Assembly: GCA_965208575.1 (NCBI GenBank)
Contig: CBDBOV010000004.1
Coordinates: forward strand, 1,280,001-1,344,000
DNA: 64,000 nt
Direction of reading: 5' to 3'
Source: Spirochaetia bacterium
GTDB taxonomy: Bacteria > Spirochaetota > Spirochaetia > SZUA-6 > Bin103
In this document: in pieces, positions 1-10,358 of the stretch
How positions within the stretch are numbered: the first letter of the stretch is position 1
Layout: every line of letters starts with the position of its first letter
Made by a program: the position numbers and the translations under genes
The notes under the pieces: model-generated
What the model was told of the DNA's origin: nothing
The model's input: the letters and a program-made list of their open reading frames with translations, nothing else
Database searches by the model: none

Positions 1-66
1 GAGCTGGTCCCGGAAAAACGGACGGTATGGTAGAGTGTATCCAAGGCCACGAGGAGGGCCAGCAAG

Positions 67-351
67 ATGGCGACGAAGAGGCGTCGGTTCACAGCGGAGT
101 TCAAGGCGAAGGTAGTGATTGAGGCGCTGCGGGGAGACCGTACGATCCAGGCGATCGCGGCCAAGCACGAAATACATCCGAACCAGATCAGCAGTTGGAA
201 GCGGCAGGCTCAGACCGGTCTGCGGGACCTGTTCGCCGACGGCCGGAGCCGGCGGCAGAAGGAGCACGATGAGACCATTCACGACCTGCATGCCAAGATC
301 GGGGAGTTGACCGTGGAGCGCGATTTTTTAGCACGCGGGCTCGGGCGCTGA
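67..351 (+). CDS. IS3 transposase OrfA (HTH)
   Basis: RRRFTAEFKAKVV...IAAKHEIHPNQISSWK...KIGELTVERDFL; slippery GATTTTTTA at about 322-330 for a -1 frameshift. Confidence 0.92.
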   Translation: MATKRRRFTAEFKAKVVIEALRGDRTIQAIAAKHEIHPNQISSWKRQAQTGLRDLFADGRSRRQKEHDETIHDLHAKIGELTVERDFLARGLGR

Positions 352-371
352 GCCGGGCCGAGCGACGAGAG

Positions 372-1208
372 ATGATCGACCGCGAGCACGAGGGTCTGAG
401 CATCAGCCGGCAGTGCCGCCTGATCGGGCTGAACCGGTCGACGCTGTACTACCGAGCGGTGGGCGAGAGCGCTGACACGCTCGCGTTGATGCGCCGCATC
501 GACGAACTTTATCTGGAATGTCCGTTCTACGGCAGCCGGCAGATGATGCGCCATCTGGCACGCGAGGGAAAGCGGGTCGGTCGGCACCGGGTGCGGCGGC
601 TGATGCGGCTGTTGGGGCTGGAGGCGATCTACCGCAAGCCACGCACCAGCGTCGCGCACCCGGACCATCGGGTGTATCCGTATCTGCTGCGAGGGCTTAC
701 GATTGAGCGCCCGAACCAGGTGTGGTGCGCGGACCTGACCTACATCCCGGTGCAGGGAGGATTTCTGTACCTGGTGGCGATCATGGACTGGGCGAGCCGG
801 CGGGTGTTGGCCTGGCGGCTGTCCAACACGATGGACACCTCCTTCTGCCTGGAGGCGTTGGCGGACGCTCTGGAAGACTTCGGCATTCCCGAGATCTTCA
901 ACACCGATCAGGGCAGCCAGTTCACCAGCATCGCGTTCACCGGCCAGTTGGAGGCGACCGGGATACGGTGCTCGATGGACGGGCGCGGTCGTTGTCTGGA
1001 TAACGTATTCATCGAACGGTTGTGGCGCTCGCTGAAGTACGAGTCGGTATACCTGCACGATTTGGAGGATGGCTTCGAGGCGCAGCGGGTGATCGACGGG
1101 TGGATGGCATTCTACAACGAGACCCGACCACACTCGGCGCTCGGCGGGCGTACGCCCGCGGAAGCGTACCGCGACGGGGTGGCGGAACAACAGCAGGAGG
1201 TGGCGTAG
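372..1208 (+). CDS. IS3 transposase OrfB (rve DDE), probably expressed as an OrfAB fusion
   Basis: NQVWCADLTY, FNTDQGSQF and DNVFIERLWRSLKYE motifs. Confidence 0.93.
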   Translation: MIDREHEGLSISRQCRLIGLNRSTLYYRAVGESADTLALMRRIDELYLECPFYGSRQMMRHLAREGKRVGRHRVRRLMRLLGLEAIYRKPRTSVAHPDHRVYPYLLRGLTIERPNQVWCADLTYIPVQGGFLYLVAIMDWASRRVLAWRLSNTMDTSFCLEALADALEDFGIPEIFNTDQGSQFTSIAFTGQLEATGIRCSMDGRGRCLDNVFIERLWRSLKYESVYLHDLEDGFEAQRVIDGWMAFYNETRPHSALGGRTPAEAYRDGVAEQQQEVA

Positions 1209-2274
1209 CGAACAGGAACGGCAGGCGCTTGGCATGGGGTGCAAGGGCATCCGAGGACCAACGGGAGCGCGAGCAGTGTGGACGAAGTATCCACATATCC
1301 ACAGGCTCGCTCACCCCCTCCCCGGACCCCACCCCCATTACCGCCGCCTGATCATCTCGACCAGGAGGGTGGGTTGACAACGAACGAGATGCACTCTACA
1401 ATATCCCATCCACTGTCCAACCTATCGGGTCCACGTCACTGTTGAAAGGCGCACCAGTAACTCGATAGTCTTACCAACAGGGACATGGCCGCTTCCTCCG
1501 ATCATGTGGGTTGTGGTTACACACATGGTACTACGGAGGGAGCCGGTCTGAGTACCGATCATATCAGCCCCTGACTGCCTCTCTCATCTCTAATTCTCGC
1601 TACCTCGGGCTTTTGCAAAAGGCTCCCTGTGTTGAAAATCTCAATGAGATCTCCTTTACAACAATTTCGAGAGCACTGTTGCCACTGCCGGCCCCTCGCC
1701 TGCTCCCATAGTCGAGCGAGGGCGACACCATTTCGCGGCCGCGGCCGCCGGTCTCTGCGTTAATCATCTAGGCCCGTACCTGTTTTGACGCTTGCGCGCC
1801 GCGCCGAAATCGCACGCCACGCGTGGTGGCGGCCGGCAAGCGTCGCTACGCATGTTGGTCTGGACTGGTGGAAGTGGCGGGCGACGGGATCGGCTGCTGG
1901 ACGCACCGATGCGTGGCGACTGTGTGCCACACGCATCAATGGTGCAGCGGTCAGCACCGGCGCAGCGAGGTCGGCTTCTACGCGGTAGTCGGTAGTCGGT
2001 CTGAATGCTGTCAGTGCCCATTCGCGGACGAGTGTAGAGGACGGCCCAAATCCGTGTCAGACGCGATCCACCGCATTGTGTCACTGCCAACCCGTCAATG
2101 CGCAAACTGGCATCGTCCTACGCCATCCTGGTGCGTCATCTTCGATCCGTCGAACCCCATCCAGAGCGAGCGAACCTTACTATGGGGGCGACCACCCTGT
2201 CAACGACTCGCAGGTGATCGCTGGTCCGCTCTGGCGTTTGCCGAGTAAGCTTCTCTGCACGGTAGGCTGGCGCG

Positions 2275-3954
2275 GTGAGTGAGCGGCCCAACATCCTGGT
2301 GCTGATGACCGATCAGCAGCGCGCCGACGCGATGGGGTGCGCCGGCAACCCGGTGCTGCGCACGCCCGCCATGGACGCCATCGCGGACGCCGGGGTGCGC
2401 TTTAGCGATGCGTGCGCGTCCACGCCGGTGTGCGTGGCCTCGCGCATGAGCTTCATCACCGGCCAGCGGGCGTCGTGCACCCACTGGGTCGACAACAGCG
2501 CCCTGCCCGGCCCGCCGCCGGAGCTGCCGACCATGATGAGCCTGCTGCTCCGCGCCGGCTACTGGACCCACGGCGTGGGCAAGATGCACTTCGGCGGGCG
2601 CTCCTACGGCTTCCGCAACCTGTTCACCATGGAGGAGGGCGTCGAGCACCGCGTTGACGACGACTACCTGCGCTACCTGCGCGACGCCGGCGTGCACGCC
2701 CGCTTTCCCAAGGGGATGCGCGATCTGCTCTACTTCCAGCCGCAGACCAGCGGCGTGCCGGTCGAGCACAGCGCCAGCAACTGGGTTGCCGACCGCTCCA
2801 TCGAGTTCCTGCACGAGCACGCCCGCTACCGCAGCGGGCAGCCGTTCTTCCTGTGGTCCTCCTGGATCGCCCCGCACCCACCGTTCGCGCCCAGCGAGCC
2901 GTACGACGAGCTGTACGATCCGGCCGCCATGCCGCTGCCGGTGTACGCCGACCGGCCGGTGCGCGACCTGCCGTCGGCGCTGTGGCCGCACCGCGCCCGG
3001 CTGGACGGCGCCCACCGCGACCCGAACCGCATGCGCCGCATCCGCGCGCTCTACTACGGCCTGATCGGCCAGGTCGACGACGGCATCGCACGCATCATGG
3101 CCACGCTGCGCGAGCTGCGGATGGAGCAGAACACGGTGGTGCTGTTCACGGCGGACCACGGCGAGATGCTCGGCGACCACGGCCTGGCGCAGAAGAACTG
3201 CCCCTACGAGCCGTCGGTGCGCGTGCCCCTGCTGCTGCGCTGGCCGGGGCGCACGCGCGCCGGAAGCACCTGCGACGACCCGGTCGGCCTGACCGACGTG
3301 CTGCCCACCCTGGTGGATGAGCTGGGCCTCGACTACCCCGCCGGCCACGGCCCGCTGCCCGGCGAGAGCCTGCTCGGCAAGGCCGGCGGCGGCCTCGCCT
3401 CCGGGCGAGACGACTATGTGATCGACTACGGCCAGCGTACGCGGCGCTGGATCGCGGTGCGCACCCGCCGCCACAAGTACGCGCTGTTCGCCTGCGACGG
3501 CGGCCGCGAGGAACTGTACGACTTGCACGCCGACCCGCACGAGCGCCACAACCTGGCCGCCGCACAACCGGCGCTCACCGCCGAGTTCCGCGAACGCGCC
3601 CTGGACTGGGAGCGCACGTCGGGCCTGGCCCGCGCACCGGGAGACGCCGCCTCATTTCGCGGAGAGCGCTTCCGCACCTGGCCGGCGCCGGCGGCCATCC
3701 CCACCGAAGGCGAACTGCGCGATGTAACGGTCAACGAAGGAGCGTGGCCAAAGCGCGTCCCCGATGACGAGGCTGCCACCCTGGAGACTTTCGCGGACGC
3801 CTTCACGCGCGCGATCAGCAAGGAAACGACCCTCAGCCCCGAAAAGCTCTCTCTGGCTGCCTACAAGCACAAGATCAGCAGCCTCGGCCGCCGCGACCCG
3901 GGCGGCGAATCCCTTGTCGGCACCCCATGGGAGCAAGCATGGCACGACGCTTGA
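2275..3954 (+). CDS. Formylglycine-dependent sulfatase
   Basis: RPNILVLMTDQQR, CVASR (CxAxR), GKMH and ADHGEMLGDHGL motifs; TAGGCT -10-like box 6 nt before the GTG. Confidence 0.92.
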   Translation: MSERPNILVLMTDQQRADAMGCAGNPVLRTPAMDAIADAGVRFSDACASTPVCVASRMSFITGQRASCTHWVDNSALPGPPPELPTMMSLLLRAGYWTHGVGKMHFGGRSYGFRNLFTMEEGVEHRVDDDYLRYLRDAGVHARFPKGMRDLLYFQPQTSGVPVEHSASNWVADRSIEFLHEHARYRSGQPFFLWSSWIAPHPPFAPSEPYDELYDPAAMPLPVYADRPVRDLPSALWPHRARLDGAHRDPNRMRRIRALYYGLIGQVDDGIARIMATLRELRMEQNTVVLFTADHGEMLGDHGLAQKNCPYEPSVRVPLLLRWPGRTRAGSTCDDPVGLTDVLPTLVDELGLDYPAGHGPLPGESLLGKAGGGLASGRDDYVIDYGQRTRRWIAVRTRRHKYALFACDGGREELYDLHADPHERHNLAAAQPALTAEFRERALDWERTSGLARAPGDAASFRGERFRTWPAPAAIPTEGELRDVTVNEGAWPKRVPDDEAATLETFADAFTRAISKETTLSPEKLSLAAYKHKISSLGRRDPGGESLVGTPWEQAWHDA

Positions 3955-3969
3955 GAGATCGAGCATGAA

Positions 3970-5106
3970 CTACTTGTAGGGGTCGGCGGCGTCGCGCAGG
4001 CCGTCGCCGACGGCGTTGTAGCACAGCACCGTCACCACCACGAAGATACCCGGGATCAGCAGCCACGGGTTCAGCGCGATCACGCTCACATTGGAGGCCT
4101 GCTGGAGTTGGACCCCCCAGCTCACCGTCGGCGAGGTCAAGCCGAGGCCCAGGAAGCTGAGGCCGGTCTCGCCGATGATCATCCCCGGTATCGACAGGGT
4201 GAGGTGGACGATCAGGTAGCCGACGAAGTTGGGCAGCATGTGCCCGGTGATGACCTTGTAGTTGGTGGTGCCGGCCACCTTCGCGGCCGTGACGAAGTCC
4301 TCTTCGCGCAGTTGCAGGATCTTGCCGCGCACCGTACGCGCCAGCCCGGTCCAGCCGAGAATCGACAGGATCACGGACATCAGGAAGTACTTGGTCACGG
4401 GAGGCCACTCCAGTGGTATTGCCGCGGCCAGCGCCATCCACAGCGGCAGGCCTGGCATCGCCTCGATGAACTCCACGATACGCTGGATGATCAAGTCCAC
4501 ACCGCCGCCGAGCAGGCCGGAGGCGCCGCCGAGCAGGGCGCCGAGCACGAAGCTGACCGCGATGCCGACCAGGCCGATAGACAGCGAGACCTGCGCGCCG
4601 TGGATGATGCGGGTCAACACGTCACGGCCCAGGTCGTCGGCGCCGAACAGGTAGACCACGCCCGGATCGTCGACGCCGTACAGGCGGAGTCTGCTGTCGA
4701 GCAGGCCCCAGAACTTGTAAGGGTCGCCCTTGACGAACAACTTGATCGGATAGCGCGTCTCCCGGTCTTCCGAGAACACCAGCAGGAACGTCGCCGGGTC
4801 GCGTTCCTGCGCCAGACCGTACACGAACGGCCGCTGCAGTTGCCCGTCATGGAACACGTGGATCCGCGTCGGCGGCAGGAACGCCAGTTCCGTCCGGCTC
4901 TGAATCTTGTCGTAGGGAGAGAAGAAATCCGCAAAGACAGCCGTGAAGTACAACACGCCCAGGATTGCCGCCGAAACCACCGCCAGCTTGTGGCGCGCGA
5001 ACTTGCGCCGCATCAGCACCCAGTGGGACGCGACGAAATACTGTTCCCGTTCCTCCTCGGCCCGCGAGGCCGCGGCGGATGGCATCGGCTCCCGCACGGT
5101 GCTCAT
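3970..5106 (-). CDS. Peptide/nickel-type ABC transporter permease (DppC/OppC-like)
   Basis: FGADDLGRDVLTR, EEDFVTAAKVAG (EAA) and GDGLRDAADP; ATG at 5106 overlaps the stop of the upstream permease. Confidence 0.9.
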   Translation of the reverse strand: MSTVREPMPSAAASRAEEEREQYFVASHWVLMRRKFARHKLAVVSAAILGVLYFTAVFADFFSPYDKIQSRTELAFLPPTRIHVFHDGQLQRPFVYGLAQERDPATFLLVFSEDRETRYPIKLFVKGDPYKFWGLLDSRLRLYGVDDPGVVYLFGADDLGRDVLTRIIHGAQVSLSIGLVGIAVSFVLGALLGGASGLLGGGVDLIIQRIVEFIEAMPGLPLWMALAAAIPLEWPPVTKYFLMSVILSILGWTGLARTVRGKILQLREEDFVTAAKVAGTTNYKVITGHMLPNFVGYLIVHLTLSIPGMIIGETGLSFLGLGLTSPTVSWGVQLQQASNVSVIALNPWLLIPGIFVVVTVLCYNAVGDGLRDAADPYK

Positions 5107-6102
5107 CACATCTGCTTCTCGAACCGGATGCGCGGATCCACCACTACCAGCAGGAGATCCGATATCAACGTACCGAACAGCCCCAGCGACCCCAGGAACA
5201 GTATCAGGCTCGCGGCAATCTGCAGGTCCTGCTCCAGGAGCGCGGTCAGTAACAGCGGTCCCACCGTGGGCAGGCTGAGCACGATCGACACCAGCGCCTC
5301 GCCGGACACGACCCCGGCCAGCAGACCCGCCAGTCCGGACACCATCGGATTGATCGCCAGCCGGATCGGGTACTTGAACAGCAGACGCCGCTCGTGGACT
5401 CCCTTCGCACGTGCGGTTACCACGTACTGCCTGCCGAGTTCGTCCATGAGCGTGGTACGCAGCACGCGGATCATGCCGGCCGTGCCGGCGGTGCCGATCA
5501 CGAGCAGCGGCACCGGCAAGTGCTTCATCAGGTCGACCACCTTGGCGAAGCTCCACGGCGCGATCAGGTACTCGGGCGAGAACAGGCCGCCGGGGCTCCA
5601 GCCGAAGTGACGCTGGAACAGGAACATCAGGATGAGCGCGAGCAGGAAAGTTGGGCGTGGCCAGGCCCATGAATCCAAATACGGCGCCCGTGTAGTCGCC
5701 CACCGAGTAGGGATGGGTGGCCGAGTAGATTCCGATCGGAATCGCGATGATGTAGGTGACCACCATGGTGGACATCGACAGGACGATCGACAGCATGATG
5801 CGCTCGCCGATCAGGTCGGCGACCGGCCTGTTGTGGGTGGCCGACTCACCGAAGTCGCCGCGAAAGATGATGTTGGAGATCCACTTCCAGTACTGGACGT
5901 AGAACGGATCCCGGAAGCCCCAGCGCTTGTTGAGGGCTTCGATTGCCGACTCGTCCAGCTCCACCCCGAACCGCTCCATGTAGTAGAGGAAGTTGTCGAT
6001 CCAGTCACCCGGCGGAAGCTGGATCACGGCGAAGGCAACGAAGGACAGCATAATCAGCATCAGGACCATGTAGAACAGCCGCCGCCCGATGTAGCCCGCC
6101 AT
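5106..6102 (-). pseudogene. DppB/OppB-like ABC permease with a +1 frameshift near 5648
   Basis: N-terminal half (YIGRRLF...QLPPGD...ATPNF) and C-terminal half (FLLAL...YVVTARAKG...DPRIRF) lie in different frames: AAC TTT CCT instead of AAC TTC CTG. Could be a sequencing indel. Confidence 0.8.
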
Positions 6103-6108
6103 CATGCG

Positions 6109-6137
6109 AGCCTAAGGCCGCCAATGACCGCTGTCAA
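6109..6137 (-). promoter_or_regulatory. Sigma70-type promoter of the permease genes (leaderless geometry)
   Basis: TTGACA-17 nt-TAGGCT, then 6 nt to the ATG at 6102. Confidence 0.7.
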
Positions 6138-6169
6138 GGAAGCCGTCGCGTGCGACGGCTTCCTTGACA
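6132..6169. repeat. Perfect 18-bp inverted repeat with a 2-nt centre
   Basis: TGTCAAGGAAGCCGTCGC-GT-GCGACGGCTTCCTTGACA. Confidence 0.9.
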
Positions 6170-6233
6170 TAGGCGGGTTGGGCCGGAAGCGGCGCCGCAG
6201 GCGGCGGTTGCGGGGCGCAAGGAAGCGCGCACC

Positions 6234-6270
6234 AAGAAAAGACGGCCGCCCCGCGAAGGGCGGCCGCCTT
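6234..6270 (-). terminator. Rho-independent terminator of the solute-binding protein gene
   Basis: Minus strand reads AAGGCGGCCGCCC-TTCGCG-GGGCGGCCGTC followed by TTTTCTT. It lies about 20 bp past the SBP stop once IS1634 is removed. Confidence 0.75.
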
Positions 6271-6293
6271 GGTTGCATACTAGAGAACGCTAG

Positions 6294-8367
6294 CCTGACC
6301 TTCCTACTTATCCCGTTGATTTGACCGCGGGATTCTCTGGTTCATCCAGATAAGTTGTTACCATGAAACAAGATAGGTTCACGGAAGTGGACTCTCCTCT
6401 TGAGAGGATCAGTGTATACACTGAATATATCGAGCGCCGTGCCGGACAGCTTCCTCAATACTACTCGAAGTATCCCCTCTTCGATCCTTCCGACCCACTC
6501 ATGCCGGTTCTCCTTGACTGTCTCCGTACTAAGTGTATACACTGATTGCAGTGGCCACCCTCCAGAAAAAGGTCTCCCGCGGGCACACCTACTGGCAGAT
6601 CGTCGAGTCCAGACGCGTCAACGGCAAACCACGTCCCATCGTCCTCGAACATCTCGGCAGCGCAGAGAAGTTGCTCCAGCGCCTCCGTGAGGCTCCCACC
6701 CGACCGGCAAAGGCGAAGGTCATTCAGTTCGGTGCGTTGGCCGCGCTCTGGCAGATCGCCCAAGAGTTGGATGTGGTGGGCCTTATCGATACCCAGGTCC
6801 CCAAGCGAGACCAAGGACTGTCCTGCGGACAGTATCTGCTGGTGGCGGCGCTGAACCGTTGTGTGGCCGCCTCCAGCAAGGCTTCTCTGTACCAGTGGTA
6901 TCGACGCACGGTGTTGAATCGGCTGCTCCCCGCTGCACAGCGCTCGCTCGCCAGTCAGCGATTCTGGGATCACATGAACATGCTCGACAGCGCTGCCATC
7001 GGCGCGATTGAGCAACAACTGGCGCAGCGGGTGATCGACCACTACCGGATCGATCTGCGACCGCTCATCTTCGATGCGACCAACTTCGATACGTTCATCG
7101 ACAGTCGCACCGTCAGTGCACTGGCACAACGTGGCCACGCGAAAAGCAAACGCGCCGATCTGCGGATCCTGGGCTTGGCACTCCTGGTAAGCTGCGACTA
7201 CCACATTCCGCTGCTCTCACACCCGTATCCGGGAAATCAGAATGACGCCGCGATGTTCTCGAGCTTGATCGAGACGCTGATCAGCCGCTGCAAGCAGTTG
7301 GCCCAGGACTGCGAAGATGTCACGCTGGTGTTCGATGGCGGCAACACCTCGAGAGCGAATATCGAGGCGCTGCAAGCCGGCCCATACCATTTCGTCACCT
7401 CCTTGACCGTGACTCAGCACGAGGATCTGCTGGCGGTTCCCGCCGGCAGGTTTCACTCCTTCACTGACCCACGGCTGGCCGGGGTGACCGCTTACCGCAG
7501 CGACAAGGTGATCTGGGGTGAGCGCCGCACCGTGGTGGTCACCAACAGTCGCCGGTTGCTGGACGGGCAGCTGGCTGGGATCAACCACGCGTTGCGCAAG
7601 AAGCGCGCTGCGTTGCGCGCCTTGCGCAGCAAGCTGGCGCGCAGCCAGCTACCGGGAGCAAAGGGCAAAGGCTACAGCAGAGCATCCTTGCAGAAGCATT
7701 TCGACACGATCACCTCGGGTCAGTACGTAAAGCAGATTCTCAAGGTTCAGATCAGCGAATCCGACGGCGTGCTCAGTTTTCGATTTCGCACCGATTGGGC
7801 AGCGTACCAGCGCTTGCAACGCCGGCGCTTGGGCAAACGCATCCTGTGCACCGACAACGAGTCGTGGAGCGACCAGGAGATCATCTTGGCCAGCCGCGCT
7901 CAACATCACGTGGAGCGGGCGTTCAAGCAGATGAAGAATCCCCACTGGGTGAGCTTCTCGCCGACCTTCCACTGGACCGATCAGAAGCTGCGCGTACACG
8001 TGTTCTATTGTGTGTTGGCACTGCTGCTGAGTTCGCTGCTGCAACGCAAGGCGGCCGACGGCGGACAACTCCTTACCATCGAGCAACTACTGACGGAACT
8101 CAGCGGCGTGACCGAAGTGGTCAACCTCTACGCCGCGCCTGAGCCGGCCACCAGAGGGCGCTACCGGGCTCAATACGTGCTCTCTGAACGGTCGTCCCTG
8201 CAAGACAAACTGTGCCGCCTACTTGACGTATACCGACACGCCCATCCCTGACAGCACCACGGTCAGTGTATACAAGCCCCGTCCGACAGGATAGCGAGTA
8301 ACTTGCTATCCTAAAATGACTTATCCACTCAAACTACCAGCCACCCGAAATAACTAGGAAACTCACG
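6294..8367 (+). mobile_element. IS1634-family insertion sequence
   Basis: Imperfect IRs CCTGACCTTCCTACTTAT (6294) and ATAACTAGGAAACTCACG (ending 8367); flanking CTAG at 6290-6293 and 8368-8371. Confidence 0.85.
6551..8251 (+). CDS. IS1634-family transposase
   Basis: N-terminal YWQIVESRRVNGKPR; FDATNF, VFDGGN and VERAFKQMK DDE residues; RVHVFYCVLALLL. The GTG start at 6551 is preferred over 6533. Confidence 0.9.
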   Translation: MATLQKKVSRGHTYWQIVESRRVNGKPRPIVLEHLGSAEKLLQRLREAPTRPAKAKVIQFGALAALWQIAQELDVVGLIDTQVPKRDQGLSCGQYLLVAALNRCVAASSKASLYQWYRRTVLNRLLPAAQRSLASQRFWDHMNMLDSAAIGAIEQQLAQRVIDHYRIDLRPLIFDATNFDTFIDSRTVSALAQRGHAKSKRADLRILGLALLVSCDYHIPLLSHPYPGNQNDAAMFSSLIETLISRCKQLAQDCEDVTLVFDGGNTSRANIEALQAGPYHFVTSLTVTQHEDLLAVPAGRFHSFTDPRLAGVTAYRSDKVIWGERRTVVVTNSRRLLDGQLAGINHALRKKRAALRALRSKLARSQLPGAKGKGYSRASLQKHFDTITSGQYVKQILKVQISESDGVLSFRFRTDWAAYQRLQRRRLGKRILCTDNESWSDQEIILASRAQHHVERAFKQMKNPHWVSFSPTFHWTDQKLRVHVFYCVLALLLSSLLQRKAADGGQLLTIEQLLTELSGVTEVVNLYAAPEPATRGRYRAQYVLSERSSLQDKLCRLLDVYRHAHP

Positions 8368-10272
8368 CTAGTTCTTGAAAAACATCTGGTCGGCGTAGTA
8401 GTTGAAGCCGATGTCGCCCTCGAAGAACGGCGGCACCTTGTTCGGCACGTTGGTCAGGTTCGAGCGGTACACCATCACCACCGGTGCGGCCTGCGAGATG
8501 CCGATGTTCCACAGCCACTCGGCCTGCAGCTCCCACGCCATGGAACTGAGCCGTTTCTGTTCCGCACTGCCGAACGGGTGCTTCTTGCTCTGCACGATCT
8601 GCACCTCGAAGTACTCCATCAGCTCCGGCGGCGGCTCCTCGCCCGGCAGGTCACCGGTCTCATCGGATACCCCGGTTCGCCGCTTGTTCATCTCCTGCCA
8701 CCAGATCCAGTACTGGTTCGCCATGTGGGACAGCGACTGCGTGTGGCCGCCGCCACTGCTCAGGTAGTCCTGCATCTCGCCGATGGTCTCGTTCCACTGG
8801 ACGAAGTCGATCGTGCCGCCCGACATGCCCTGGTCGATCACGCTGATGTCCGCCGGGCGCAGCTCCAGGTCGATACCGACCGCTGCGAAGTCTTCCTTGA
8901 CCAATTCGTAGGCGCGCGACGGCGTCTTGCCGCTGAACGCGTTGATCACGACGAACGGCTCGCCGTTGGGCAGGAGCCGGATGCCGTCGGCGTTGCGCTT
9001 GTCCAGGCCGAGCGCATCGAGCATGCGGTTGGCCTCATCCGGATCATGGCGAGCGTAAGGGTGGTCCTCGCCTCACTCCGGCCGGTAGATGCTGGCCAGC
9101 TTGGTGATGGTCATTTGCGATGGCGTGCCCTGGCCCAGGAACTGCGCCTCGTTGATCCGGTCGCGGTCGAACGCCAGCGAGATCGCGCGCCGGAATTCGA
9201 CGTTCTCGAACAACGGCCGCTTCGCCTCATCCTTGATGTTGAGATTGAACGCGAACGCCATGCCGACGCCCTCGAACCACGACTCGATCAGGTTGAGCTT
9301 GTAGTTGCCGGCCTGCTGCCCCTGCACCAGCAGCGGGTAGTTGACCAGACCCATCATCGCGTAGTCCGCCTCGCCGCCGATTATCTTCAGGTTCATCGCC
9401 TCGCGGTCGGACACGATCTGGATCAGTCCCGAGTCGATGTAGGGAAGCTGCTGGCCCGCGCTGTCGACCGCGAAGTAGTACGGGTTGCGCTCCTTGAGGC
9501 GGAAGGTGGGCTGCACGTCGGCGAGCATGAACGGGGCCATGGTGGGCCGCTCGATGTCGCGCTGCGGGCAGCAGAAGGTGGAGTGATCGGCGAACGCGTC
9601 CTGCCAGTTGTCGAATCCCTCTTCCTTGGCCTTCGCGTTGGCATCTTCGTTGTACTCGGCGTGCCACTGCTTCAACCAGGTGCTCGGCTGGTAGAGCGTC
9701 CAGTCGGTGCCCTTGTAGGTGACCAGGTCGTTCATCACCTTGGGATACGGTTCCTTGTACTCGATCACCACCGTTACGTCGTCGACGGCAGTGACGGTAG
9801 TGACCTGCGAGGGATAGCCCCACACGTAGCCCAGTTCCGCCTTCTGCATGTCGTTGTAGTGGAACGAAAAATCCTCGGCCGTGAAGGGATCTCCATTGGA
9901 CCACTTCGCCCCTTCGCGCAGGGTCAGGGTGAAGGTCCGGTAGTCGTCGGATATCTCGAAGTCCAGCGCCATGTCCGGCTCCAGCGATCCGTCGTAGTCC
10001 ATCCGGATCGGGGTCGGCGTTCCCTCGGGATTCTCACCCACCAGCGGCGCCCACGGATTCGGGCCGTTGCCGAACACGATGACCTGCCCGCCGTAGGTGC
10101 CTATCTCGTCGAACACCGCGCGCACCTTGGGCTCCAGCGGCAGCCGTTCCTCCACCGGCGGCAACTCGCCGGCTGCCACCCGTGCCGCAAGCATGGGCGC
10201 TTCCTTGTAATCCGCCCAGGCCGAAGCGACAATCAGCGGCACAACCGCTGCCATCAGCAGGACTCGTCTCAT
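8368..10272 (-). pseudogene. Family-5 ABC solute-binding protein with an in-frame TGA at 9073-9075
   Basis: Signal peptide, GELPPVEERLP, LREGAKWSNGDPFTAED and QLPYID motifs. ORFs 9073-10272 and 8368-9024 share one frame: RPE*GEDHPYARHDPDEANRML. Confidence 0.85.
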
Positions 10273-10299
10273 ATCTGTCCTTTCCTCCTGTAACGAGCC

Positions 10300-10328
10300 A
10301 CGCTAAGCCATGGCCGGGCCGCTGTCAA
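10300..10328 (-). promoter_or_regulatory. Sigma70-type promoter of the SBP gene
   Basis: TTGACA-17 nt-TAGCGT, followed by an AGGAGG RBS and ATG 10272. Confidence 0.7.
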
Positions 10329-10358
10329 ACACGCACGGGCGGGTGGTAGGGTGGAGGC

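Larger units (their letters stand above)
1..1438 (+). mobile_element. IS3-family insertion sequence (the left terminal T probably lies just before base 1)
   Basis: orfA/orfB pair. Left end (T)GAGCTGGTCCCGGAAAAACGGACGG imperfectly matches the reverse complement of the right end TGACGTGGACCCGATAGGTTGGACAG (CA terminus at 1437-1438). Confidence 0.9.

Noticed and set aside
1439-2262. Lower-GC segment after IS3 with short ORFs
   Set aside because: No recognisable protein or RNA motif; probably eroded DNA.
3970-6105. 711-aa fused double permease ORF
   Set aside because: Artefact of the dppB frameshift running into the dppC frame; the middle part is out-of-frame sequence.
9073-9075. Selenocysteine or alternative genetic code at the in-frame TGA
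   Set aside because: TGA is the normal stop of many genes here, the position suits Trp in a non-redox protein, and neighbouring genes are also damaged.
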